Assembly (NCBI GenBank): GCA_965222075.1
Contig: OZ244937.1
Location: forward strand, 3,616,001 to 3,680,000
From: Candidatus Latescibacterota bacterium
GTDB lineage: Bacteria > Latescibacterota > UBA2968 > GCA-2709665
Direction: 5' to 3'
DNA length: 64,000 nucleotides
The notes beneath the pieces were generated by a model. The model was not told the origin of the DNA. It did not search any database and saw only the letters and a program-made list of their open reading frames with translations. Within the stretch, counting starts at the first letter, position 1. Each line of letters opens with the position of its first letter. Of the stretch, positions 31,781 through 40,971 are shown piece after piece. The translations under genes and the position numbers were made by a program.

Positions 31781-32145
31781 GGAAAGGCGCTGCGTCATTC
31801 GCAATCGCGTTGATTATTGGGCGCAGCGGACTCGGTGTTCTCCCAAGGGTTGTTCGCGTTCAACACATGACCCGGAAATGGGGCTCCTGCTCGACATCGG
31901 GGGTCATCACACTCGCCATCGATCTGGCCGATCAGGAACCGGGGTTTCGGGACTTCGTCATCGCGCACGAGCTGTTGCACCTGCGCATTCCCAACCACGG
32001 AAAATTATTCAAGGCGTTGATGACGGTTCACGTGCCTGACTGGAAAAAGTACGACATGGGAAAACAGGGGGGCGCCTACGTTTCGAAGATCGCTCCCGAC
32101 GGAGACTCCATAAGCACACGAAGGAAATTCGCCCATAACGCCTGA
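31767..32145 (+). pseudogene. Short YgjP/M48-type zinc metallopeptidase, apparently frameshifted near 31830
   Basis: RKWGSCS and AHELLHL..PNHG; the likely N-terminus IRNRVDYWAQR is in another frame. Confidence 0.7.
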
Positions 32146-32210
32146 ACAAATCACGCCGATGTCCGCAAAACCCATTGTTTATATATAACTTGAGAACTGG
32201 AGGTAAAAAC

Positions 32211-32492
32211 ATAGCAAAGAAGACTGTCAACTTTAATCAGTCTGGAGTATCAAAACTTCCGCAAAACAAGCCGGCCGTATACAGAATCAAGACCAGCGCC
32301 GGGAAGACGAACTATGTTGGGGTAGCGAAGAGGGGCAGAGTCCAGGAGAGAATTCAGGAGCATCTCGACGCTGGCAATATACCCGGCGCAAAGGTTCAGA
32401 TTGAGCAAAAGCCGAGTATTCAGGAGGCGAGGAAAACTGAGGCTCGCGCTATTGCTCGCACGAAACTAAAATACAACAAGCAAGGCTGCTAG
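32211..32492 (+). CDS. Minimal GIY-YIG nuclease-like protein; start codon reads ATA
   Basis: PAVYRI...NYVGVAKRGRVQERIQEH...E; GGAGGT SD 6 nt before ATA. Confidence 0.65.
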   Translation: MAKKTVNFNQSGVSKLPQNKPAVYRIKTSAGKTNYVGVAKRGRVQERIQEHLDAGNIPGAKVQIEQKPSIQEARKTEARAIARTKLKYNKQGC

Positions 32493-32760
32493 CGCGGCTC
32501 GTATCCAGTCGGTCCCTTCCGCCAGCGAATGTCAGGTGAGAAAGGCCTTAGCGGTATTGACGGACCGTGGGCTAGCCGTGCCCTCTTGTCGCGGTCCAGT
32601 GGCGCGGTGGAAACGTGGACGATGCCAATAGGAACGTATTAGACCCTGCAGGCCTTCGGAGTCTTAATTTGGGCTCTGTGTATGTGACTTGAGAGAAAAC
32701 AGGGCCCTCATAGCGGATGCACCGTCTGCGCCCCCTTGCCGTTCTTTCTGCGCCGTGTTC

Positions 32761-33120
32761 ACGCTGGACCAGTCCCGGCGGCTGCTGGAGGGAAGCCCCG
32801 TACCGGACGCCGACCCGGAAGATGCGAAGGAGTTGCTCAACTATCGGAAAGCATTCGAGTTCGTATCCGAATATCTTTCGGGCGTCGGCCCAATCACGGA
32901 GGGGTTGATTCGAGAAATCCACAGACGTCTGGTCGAAAGTGTTCGCGGCGGCGGCGCGGGTCCCGGCGAGTATCGGAAGATCCAGAACTATGTGGTGAAC
33001 TCCCTCACCGGGGAGATAATCTATGAGCCGCCACCAGCTTACGATGTGCCGATCATGATGGCGGAATTGGTGGACTGGCTCCACCGGGAACAGGAGATCC
33101 ATCCCGTGCTGGTGAGTGGA
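32761..33120 (+). pseudogene. Internal Fic-family remnant
   Basis: [38 protein letters not shown]; stops before the catalytic HPFxxGNGR motif. Confidence 0.8.
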
Positions 33121-33295
33121 AGAAGAAGCAACGAGTCCGACGGACCCCGGCAAACGATACGTGTTCAATGATGGATAGCCTGGTTCGGGAGCTATGACAA
33201 GCTGTGACACGGAGCTATGACATGGCACACTGTGACAAGCCATCACAGAATCGCGGGAGAATTGTGAGGCGGCGTCTGCTGTGTGGGAGAACTCG

Positions 33296-33379
33296 CTCAC
33301 GACGCAGGAGCGCGAGGAGTTGAGCCGTCTTCGTGGTGAAGTCAAGCAGTTACGCATTGAGCGTGAGATTTTGCCAAAG
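33296..33379 (+). mobile_element. IS3-family orfA C-terminal remnant
   Basis: LTTQEREELSRLRGEVKQLRIEREILPK. Confidence 0.7.
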
Positions 33380-33476
33380 ACCATGCCAGAGACAAGCTGA
33401 AACGCCACTATAATGATGTCAATAAACTTATTTGAAAGACCATTTAGTAACATCAGAAAGTAGAAATAACCAGGAC

Positions 33477-34667
33477 TCAGGCACGGGCGTGCTGGGACTC
33501 GGCCAAGACGCGGTATTCCACGCACAGGTGCGGGGTCTCTAAGCGCGGGTGGCCCTGGAGGCGGGAGGTGAGGCAGCTTTCCAAGGCGCCGCTGACCAGG
33601 AGGGTGCGCTGGATAGGATAGGGGGCTTTGCCGGTTGTGATCATCTCTTCGATTTTGGCTACTAAGCAGGCGGAGTAGGTGACGTTGGGGGTGGGGGAGA
33701 GGAAGAACTGAGTGGAGACCGGGTTGGGTTCGCCTTTGAGGCGGGCGGCAAAACAGTAGTCTTTCACCGCGCCGTTGAGCATGAGGAGGGTTGCGTTCAG
33801 GCCGTTGTTGTATTCGAGGAGGTAGGCAGCGGGGTTTTCAGCGAGTTTGAAGAGTTCGCCGCTGCCGAGGAGGTCCTGGGTGCGGCCGTCTTCCTCGGTG
33901 AGGCCTCTGGGGGAGTCGGATCGGGAGAGGGCGGCTTTCAGGAGTTCTTTGGACCAGCGCCCGTCCTCGCCGGCCTGCCAGACATCGTCACCGTCGATGA
34001 GCTGGACGGCTTTGACGCCGGTTTCACCACCACTGCGGCGTTCGACCATGCATTGCATGCCTTCCAGGGCGTGGTAGTCCATGGGGTCCGAGCTGCCCAC
34101 GCCAACCATAAGGGCGCTTTCGATTTCGCAGTCGAGGGGAAGTTCCAGGTCGGGCAGGCGCCAGGTGACCGGGATGGACGAGCCGGCCAGGAGAGGGAAG
34201 TCCAGGCGGCGGGCGTCGTCGATCATCTCGCGGGCCTTTTCAAAGCTGTAGGAGAGGTGCTTGTCGTTGTAGACGGGCACCGAACGGCCGTCTTCCTCGA
34301 AGACGGTGACGCATTCCTTGAAGAATTCGTAGCGGGGGTAGAGTTTCTGCCCCTTTTCGTTTGTGGGATACTCGCCGTGCTCACCGATGATCAGCACGGC
34401 GTCAACGGCGAGTTCGGACCCGCCGCAGCGGAGGGCTTCAGAAATGGTGGGATAGACATGAAAACCGAATTCGCGGGCACGGTCGGCGCTCTGGTCGCCT
34501 TCGGGGCGCTGGTCCACGTAGAGGGAGACGATTTTCGTGTTGGGGTGATGCCAGCGGCCCTGGTGGGGATAGCCGACCAGGAAGCGGTCGGCAAAGTGCT
34601 GGGCGTGGGAGAGGTAGCGGTAGATGGTGGCGATGACGGCGATGCGTCTTGGCGTTTTGGATGTCAT
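33477..34667 (-). CDS. Conserved hypothetical protein, remotely Gfo/Idh/MocA-like; paralogue A
   Basis: Shares SLYVDQ, IGEHG(E/D)YPTNEKGQ, NDKHLS, AGSS.PVTWRLP and QCMVERR with the adjacent gene. Confidence 0.7.
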   Translation of the reverse strand: MTSKTPRRIAVIATIYRYLSHAQHFADRFLVGYPHQGRWHHPNTKIVSLYVDQRPEGDQSADRAREFGFHVYPTISEALRCGGSELAVDAVLIIGEHGEYPTNEKGQKLYPRYEFFKECVTVFEEDGRSVPVYNDKHLSYSFEKAREMIDDARRLDFPLLAGSSIPVTWRLPDLELPLDCEIESALMVGVGSSDPMDYHALEGMQCMVERRSGGETGVKAVQLIDGDDVWQAGEDGRWSKELLKAALSRSDSPRGLTEEDGRTQDLLGSGELFKLAENPAAYLLEYNNGLNATLLMLNGAVKDYCFAARLKGEPNPVSTQFFLSPTPNVTYSACLVAKIEEMITTGKAPYPIQRTLLVSGALESCLTSRLQGHPRLETPHLCVEYRVLAESQHARA

Positions 34668-34805
34668 TTAAGTTCTCCGGAATGGTTTGAATATTCTGAT
34701 CGTTAGCTTCAGTTCCGCTCAACCCGCAGCACCACATCGGACAGGCATCCCGGGCAGATCATAGTCGTGCTTCCATAGGCACATCAGTCCCCGGTTGGGA
34801 GGGCC

Positions 34806-35999
34806 TCATGTCCTCCAGAAGGTCGATTCTTTTGTGGGCAGATACGCGATGTTCAGGTGCGGGGTTTCGATGCGTTTGTGACCTTCGTGCAGGCTGTCCA
34901 CGCCGGCGACGACGAGGCCGTTGGTGAGCAGGGTACGTTCAACGGGATAGGCCGGTTTGCCGGTGAGGAACATTTTCTCGATGTTGTTGACCTGGGGAGA
35001 GAAGAAGTTGGCCAGGGTGGTGTAGGCGGGGGGCATGGGGAGATACATCTGGGTGGAGAGGGGATCGTCCCGGCCTTCGAGGCGGGCGGCGAAGTTGAAG
35101 TCCCGCACCAGGCCGTTGAACAGGATCATGGTGGATTTGAGGCCGTCGGTATGTTCGTAGTGGTAGGCAATGGGGTCTTCGACGCGTTTTTTCAGGTCGT
35201 CTGTGGTGGGGAAGGTATTGTTGAAGCCCGGCCGCGAGGGGGTGAGGGTGTGGCTGCGGCAGAGGGCGGCTTCAAAAAGGTCGCGCGACCACACTTCCTT
35301 ATGGTGGGCCTCCCAGAAGTTCTCACCCCGGTAGGCCTGAAGCCATTTGACGCCGGTTTCGCCGCCTTCGCGCCGTTCGACCATACACTGGATCGTTTCT
35401 AAGGCGTGGAAGTCGTAGCTGTCCACACCGCCATAGCCGATACACAGGGCTTCCCGGACGCAGGCGCCCAGGGGCATGTCAATGGGGGGGAGGCGCCAGG
35501 TGACGGGCAGGGAGGAGCCGGCCATGAAGGCGAAGCCCATCTCTTGGGAGATGTCGTACATTTCTTTGGCCCAGTCCCAGTTCCAGGAGAGGTGTTTGTC
35601 GTTGAAAACGGGCGCCGTGCGGCCGGTGGTTCTGTAGACCGCGACGATCTGTTTGAAGAGTTCGTAGCGGGGGTAGAAGCGCTGGCCCTTCTCGTTGGTG
35701 GGGTAGTCGCCGTGCTCGCCGATGAGCAGGACGCCGTGCACGGCCAGGTCGCTGCGGCCCAGAGTGAGGGCGTCGGCGACGGTGGGATAGATGACCATAG
35801 AGGGGAAACGCTTTGCACGGTCCCGGCTCAGGTCGTTGTCCCCAACCTGATCAACGTAGAGGGAGACCAGGTCCATCGGGGGACGGTGGTGCCGGCCATT
35901 CCAGCCGTAGCCTTCTAAGAAGCGGTCAATGAAGTGCTGGGCGTGGGCGTATTTGTGGACAATGGTGGTGATGGCGGCGATTTTTGGGCGTTGTGGCAT
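34806..35999 (-). CDS. Conserved hypothetical protein; paralogue B
   Basis: Same motifs as paralogue A, 397 aa. Confidence 0.7.
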   Translation of the reverse strand: MPQRPKIAAITTIVHKYAHAQHFIDRFLEGYGWNGRHHRPPMDLVSLYVDQVGDNDLSRDRAKRFPSMVIYPTVADALTLGRSDLAVHGVLLIGEHGDYPTNEKGQRFYPRYELFKQIVAVYRTTGRTAPVFNDKHLSWNWDWAKEMYDISQEMGFAFMAGSSLPVTWRLPPIDMPLGACVREALCIGYGGVDSYDFHALETIQCMVERREGGETGVKWLQAYRGENFWEAHHKEVWSRDLFEAALCRSHTLTPSRPGFNNTFPTTDDLKKRVEDPIAYHYEHTDGLKSTMILFNGLVRDFNFAARLEGRDDPLSTQMYLPMPPAYTTLANFFSPQVNNIEKMFLTGKPAYPVERTLLTNGLVVAGVDSLHEGHKRIETPHLNIAYLPTKESTFWRT

Positions 36000-36068
36000 A
36001 GGGCCAGGGTCCTCGGTTTAAACAGCCAGACGCAGCCACGGATGAGCACAGGGGTTGGGGGATGAGGG

Positions 36069-37070
36069 CTAATCCCACTCAAAGACGACACCGAGGACCT
36101 CTTTCGGGTTGTCCGCGAGCATAGTGTAGACCTCCTGGCACTGTTCCGGCCCGGCCACATGGGTGATGAGGTCTTCTACGGGAAGCTTGCCGTTGCTCAT
36201 CAGGCGCATGACCAGGTTGCGCTCCCGGTGCTTGGCCCAGCGGTAGTAGATGTGGTCCGCTTCCGGGGTTTTGGGCTGGTGAGCGCCCAGGATGCTGACT
36301 TCGCGGAGGTGGACATCGGCGAGAAAGTCCATTTCAACGGTGCCGCGCGCAGAGCCAAGGGCGACGACGCGGCCGGCTGTGCAGGCGAGTTTGACGGCGG
36401 TTGGATAGACAGCAGGCACCCCGGTGGCCTCGATAATGACGTTGGCGCCGTCTTCGACGCAGTGATCGCGCACGGCGGTTGGGAGGTCGTCTACCTCGTT
36501 GGGGTTGAAGCAGATGTCGATGCCCCTGGATGTGGCCTTCTGGCGCCTGAAATCGTCTAAGTCGACGCCGATGACGGGCATGCCGCCGGAGAGGTGGACA
36601 AGGGTCGCGGCGAGCTGTCCGACGATGCCCAGGCCGAAGACGACGACCGATTCTCCCAGTTCGATGCGGGAGACCCGAACGCCGTGCAGGGCGATGGCGC
36701 CCATGACCATGAAGGCCGCGGCCTTAGAGGAGACGTTCCCCGGGACGTTCTGGTAAAACCCTCTGGCGCCGGAGAGGATCGCGTGGCTGGCGTGGTTGCC
36801 CTGGCCGGCGATGCGGTCGCCGGGTTTCAGGTCCGGCACGTCTTTGCCGACGTCCAGCACGGTGCCGGTATTGCAGTAGCCGGTCGCACGCGGAAAGACC
36901 CGCTTCCCGCCCGGCTCACTCCCGTGCGTCCAGTTGTAGATTTCGGTGCCGACGCTGACGGCGGTGTATTCGTTCCGGACCAGGATGCCGTCGTCGGGGA
37001 TCGGACCAAGTTCGAATGCTTCGACTTCGACTCGGCGAACGTCGGGGCAGATAAGTCGTTTTGCTTTCAT
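36069..37070 (-). CDS. MDR-superfamily dehydrogenase
   Basis: VSVGTE, TGYC, Rossmann GLGIVG, IEATG. Confidence 0.85.
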   Translation of the reverse strand: MKAKRLICPDVRRVEVEAFELGPIPDDGILVRNEYTAVSVGTEIYNWTHGSEPGGKRVFPRATGYCNTGTVLDVGKDVPDLKPGDRIAGQGNHASHAILSGARGFYQNVPGNVSSKAAAFMVMGAIALHGVRVSRIELGESVVVFGLGIVGQLAATLVHLSGGMPVIGVDLDDFRRQKATSRGIDICFNPNEVDDLPTAVRDHCVEDGANVIIEATGVPAVYPTAVKLACTAGRVVALGSARGTVEMDFLADVHLREVSILGAHQPKTPEADHIYYRWAKHRERNLVMRLMSNGKLPVEDLITHVAGPEQCQEVYTMLADNPKEVLGVVFEWD

Positions 37071-37117
37071 AGTACGGGTCCCTTGTTTCTGAAAACAGTG
37101 GAACTCCTATTGCCGTT

Positions 37118-38146
37118 TTACTGTCTACGGTCGATGGTTTGCTTGAAAAGCCTGAGAAAATTGCCGCCCCAGACTTTTTGGACCTCCTCTTCGGACAGGC
37201 CGTGGACCAGCATGCTTTGGGTGAGGTGGACGAGCTGGGAGACATCGGGGACAACCGGCGTTGTCCGGCCCATGCCGTCGAAGTCGGAGCCGATCCCTAC
37301 GTGGTCAATGCCCACGAGGTCGGCCACGTAGCAGATGTGTTCGACTAAACGGTCGACCGTGGCCTGTTCGGGGTGGATGAAGGAGGGGAGGAAGGCAATG
37401 CCCATCACGCCGCCGCCACCGGCGAGGGCTTTGATCTGGTCGTCGGTGAGGCAGCGCCAGTGGTGGCAGAGCGAGAAGACGGCCGTGTGGGTCATGGTAA
37501 CCGGCAGGGCAGAGTGCTCGATGACTTCGTAGAAGGCCCTGTCGTTGGTGTGGGCCAGGTCGGTGACCAGGCCCAGGGCGTTGCTCTCTTTCAGGATGTC
37601 CCGCCCAAACGGGGTGAGGCCACCGGCGTTTTTACGCTCCTGTTCACGGTCTTCCGTCGCGCAGGGGCCGAAGGGACTTTTGGTGCCCTGCAAGTAGTCG
37701 TCTCCCCCCTCGCCGTGGGTGAGGCCCACGCAGCGGACGCCGAGGCGGTCGTAGAGCCGGAGGGTGTCAACCTCCCCTTCCAGCCAGCGCCCGGCCCCTT
37801 CGATGGTCATGAGGATGCCGATTTTTCCCGTTTCCCAGGCGCGTTCGACGTCTGTTGAGGATTGGACGAGCAGGAGGTCGTCCGGGTATCTTTCGATGGA
37901 GGCCAGGGTCTGTTCGAGGGTGACCCGGACGTTGGCGGTAGGACCGTTTCCAACCACGAAGAACCCGGCGTTGAAGCCGCCCTCCACCATTCTGGGGATG
38001 TCCATGTGATAGGCCGGGTCCCGCTGCTCCCACCGGATCGGCCTCTCGCCCCGGTGGATGCGCTCGACCGGGGTGTCGTTGTGGCCGTCGATGATCAGGA
38101 GCCTGTCGTGTACCTCCTGAGCTTCTTCGAGGGTGATTTGGGGCAT
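37118..38146 (-). CDS. Membrane dipeptidase family (M19) protein
   Basis: IDGHND, TIEG, DLAH, HVGIGSDFDG, GGNFLR. Confidence 0.9.
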   Translation of the reverse strand: MPQITLEEAQEVHDRLLIIDGHNDTPVERIHRGERPIRWEQRDPAYHMDIPRMVEGGFNAGFFVVGNGPTANVRVTLEQTLASIERYPDDLLLVQSSTDVERAWETGKIGILMTIEGAGRWLEGEVDTLRLYDRLGVRCVGLTHGEGGDDYLQGTKSPFGPCATEDREQERKNAGGLTPFGRDILKESNALGLVTDLAHTNDRAFYEVIEHSALPVTMTHTAVFSLCHHWRCLTDDQIKALAGGGGVMGIAFLPSFIHPEQATVDRLVEHICYVADLVGIDHVGIGSDFDGMGRTTPVVPDVSQLVHLTQSMLVHGLSEEEVQKVWGGNFLRLFKQTIDRRQ

Positions 38147-38276
38147 GGGGAAACTCCTTTATAGACCACAGACCACGGAGAAAATTCAGTTCCAAGTTGA
38201 AAAAGTCAAAAAATGGAGATCAAACGTGATGGCAGGCAACCTGCAACCTGGAACGCCTCTGCCGTCCGCCGTCAGA

Positions 38277-39599
38277 TTATGGGGGATCAACGGGTACTTT
38301 CTGGCGTTTCAGGACCAGGGGATCGTAGGTGAATCCTTTGGTTCGTTTTCTGAATTCGGCACGGGCTTTGCGTATGAGGTCGGGTTTCTGGCAGAGATCG
38401 AGGGCGCTGCCGGTGAAGACTTTGGCGGTCTGGAGCATGGCGCGTTCGGCAAAGGGCATGGCGGCCTGGGCAGCGAGGTCCCGGTGGTGGCCGGGGGTGC
38501 CCTTGGCGTAACAGACGATCTGGAAGCGGCCCAGAGGGGCCAGCCAGGAGACGTTGTCTTCGTCTGTGGAGCCCCGCCCCTGCGAGCCGCTGCCTTTAGC
38601 GATGGTGGTGTTGAATTCGCCTTTGAGGCCGAGATTTCGAGCCCGTTTTTTGTCGTCCTGTGTGGGCCGGGGCGGGCCGAAGAGTTCTAAGTTGGCGCGG
38701 ACGGCGCCGCACATAGCGTCGTTGGGCAAGCGGGGGTAAACGGCGGTGATGCGGTGCCATTTCATTTCGGTGTCGGTGGCCTGCGCAGCACCCCGTGCAC
38801 AGGCGGTGAGACGTTCGCGGACGTCGTCGACCTGTTTCCTGTCTTTGCCACGGACGAAGTACCAGACTTTGGCGTAGGCGGGGACGACGTTGGGGGCGTC
38901 TCCGCCGTTTCGGATGACGCAGTGGATGCGGACGTTTTCAGGGACGTGTTCGCGCAGGTAGTTGGCGGCAATGTCGGTGAGCATGACGCCGTCCAAGGCG
39001 CTACGACCCTTGTGGGCGCTGGCGCCGTGGGCCGTGCGCCCGAAGAATTCGTAGACGAGGGAGTCGAGGGACGACCCGCCGAAGTTACTGACGCCCGATG
39101 AGTTGCCCGGGTGCCAGGCGAGGCAGGCGTCTAAGCCGCGGAAGGCTCCGTCGCGGGCCATGTAGACCTTTCCGGCTAAGGTCTCTTCGGCGGGACAGCC
39201 GTAGTAGATGATTTTGCCCTTTGTACCGGTTTTGTAGAGGATCTTTTTTGCGGCAACCGCACCCACGGCCGGGGCAACGCCCAGGAGGTTGTGCCCTCAG
39301 CCGTGTCCCCAGGTGCCTTCGTCGGCCCCACAGTTGGGCAGGGCGTCGTACTCGCCGAGCATGCCTACGGCGGGTTTGCCAAGACCCCAGGTGGCCCGGA
39401 AGGCGGTGGGGATGTTTTTGAAGGGGAATTCGACCTCGAATCCGTGTGAACTCAGGTAATCGGCCAGGCTTTTGGAGGATTGGACTTCACGGAACGGCCG
39501 CTCGGCCCAGGCGTGGATCTGCCGGGCGAGTTCCCGGGCTTTTCCGGATTCGGCGCTGACGGCTTTGTTGACGCGGGCTTTCTTGGTTTTGGGGGTCAC
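38277..39599 (-). CDS. M20 amidohydrolase (AbgB-like), 440 aa if the in-frame TGA at codon 101 is read through (candidate selenocysteine)
   Basis: ORFs 39297-39599 and 38277-39266 share a frame; the junction reads GEYDALP...GHG*GHNLLG; downstream PAEE, WHP, AHG..AH.GRSALD, GSTD. Confidence 0.85.
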
Positions 39600-39773
39600 G
39601 GTACGGGTTCCTCTTTGAAAAATTTCGGAAATTCGGCGCTTTGGAAGTCCTGTACGCGGTGCTCCGGGTACAATCGATGCAGGGCCCTGACGCCTGCTGC
39701 CCCTCCGATGGCGGTTGTGGAAGGCCGACGTGCGGTGGCATAGCCGGGTTGTTGAGGCACAGCGCGCCGTACC

Positions 39774-40862
39774 CTATCCTTTTTGAATGGCTTCGACAAC
39801 AGCGTCTCCGACGGCGGCGGTGGCGGCCCTCCCGCCCAGATCGGCAGTGTGGTTGACAGGATCGGTGAGGGTCCGGGCAACGGCGCGGTCGATGGTTTGT
39901 GCAGCGGCAATGGCGTCGGCATCGTTGTGGCGTTCGCCCAGCCAGGTGAGCATCATGCCAGCGGAGAGGATCTGGGCGACCGGGTTGGCGATGCCCTGTC
40001 CGGCGATGTCGGGGCCGGTGCCGTGGGAGGGCTGGAAGAGGCCGCAGCGGTCGCCCACGTCGGCCGAGGGGGCCATGCCCATGCCGCCAACCGTGGCCGC
40101 GGCGAGGTCGGAGATGATGTCGCCGAACATGTTTTCGGCAACGACGACGTCGTAGAAGGCAGGGCTTCGGAGTTGGTAGACGGTGAAGGCGTCCACGTAG
40201 GCGTAGTCCCGTTCGGTGTCCGGGTAGTCACCGGCGACCCGGTCGTAGACCTGCCGGAAGAAGGCCATGCTTTTGAGGATGTTGGCCTTGTCCACGCAGG
40301 TGACGCGGCGCCTTCCATCCTCCGGCGCGCCCTGCCGCTGCAGGGCGATTTCAAAGGCGTAGCACACGATGCGTTCGGTGCCGGTGCGGGTGATGACCAT
40401 GTTGTCTACGGCGACATCGTCGCCCACGCGCACCCCTGCGCCCCGGGAGGCGTAGAGGCCTTCGGTGTTTTCCCGCATGATGACGTAGTCGATGGGCGGG
40501 TCGCCGGAGAGGAGAGGTGGGACGCCGGGGTATTTTTTGATGGGGCGGATGCCGGCGTAGAGGTCGAGCAGAAAGCGGAGGGTAATCTGGGGGGCGATTT
40601 CGGTGCCGTCGGGGAACCGCACCCCGGGGTCTCCGGCAGAGCCGAAGAGGATTGCGTCGGCCCGCCGACAGGCCTCTAAGGTGGATTCGGGGAGGTCGCT
40701 GCCGGTTTCGGTGTAACAGCGGGCGCCAACGGGGTGTTCGGAGAAGGTGAGCCGGAGGCCGGGGAAGGGCTTTTCCAGAGCGATGAGGACCTTGAGCGCT
40801 TCGGCCACGACTTCGGGGCCGACGCCGTCTCCGGGAAGGACGGCGATGGTGTAGGCTGACAT
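39774..40862 (-). CDS. Isopropylmalate/isocitrate/tartrate dehydrogenase family protein
   Basis: [47 protein letters not shown]; AAGGA SD before ATG 40862. Confidence 0.9.
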   Translation of the reverse strand: MSAYTIAVLPGDGVGPEVVAEALKVLIALEKPFPGLRLTFSEHPVGARCYTETGSDLPESTLEACRRADAILFGSAGDPGVRFPDGTEIAPQITLRFLLDLYAGIRPIKKYPGVPPLLSGDPPIDYVIMRENTEGLYASRGAGVRVGDDVAVDNMVITRTGTERIVCYAFEIALQRQGAPEDGRRRVTCVDKANILKSMAFFRQVYDRVAGDYPDTERDYAYVDAFTVYQLRSPAFYDVVVAENMFGDIISDLAAATVGGMGMAPSADVGDRCGLFQPSHGTGPDIAGQGIANPVAQILSAGMMLTWLGERHNDADAIAAAQTIDRAVARTLTDPVNHTADLGGRAATAAVGDAVVEAIQKG

Positions 40863-40971
40863 GGGTGTCCTTTCGGTCTGTTTTTGGTTCGTTGAAGAGC
40901 TACGCAACTTCCTGCTGTTCCGCTCCCCTTCTCCCGCTGGCGGAAGAAACAGAATAATCGGCGAATCCCTC

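Noticed and set aside
32572-33525. 317-aa minus-strand ORF
   Set aside because: It is antisense to the Fic and IS3 remnants and has no recognisable domain.
34740-34780. Intergenic stretch resembling the first codons of the MDR dehydrogenase gene
   Set aside because: Too short and degenerate to tell from chance.
38277-39599. Frameshift explanation for the split amidohydrolase
   Set aside because: Both parts are in the same frame (offset 333 nt); only one TGA separates them.
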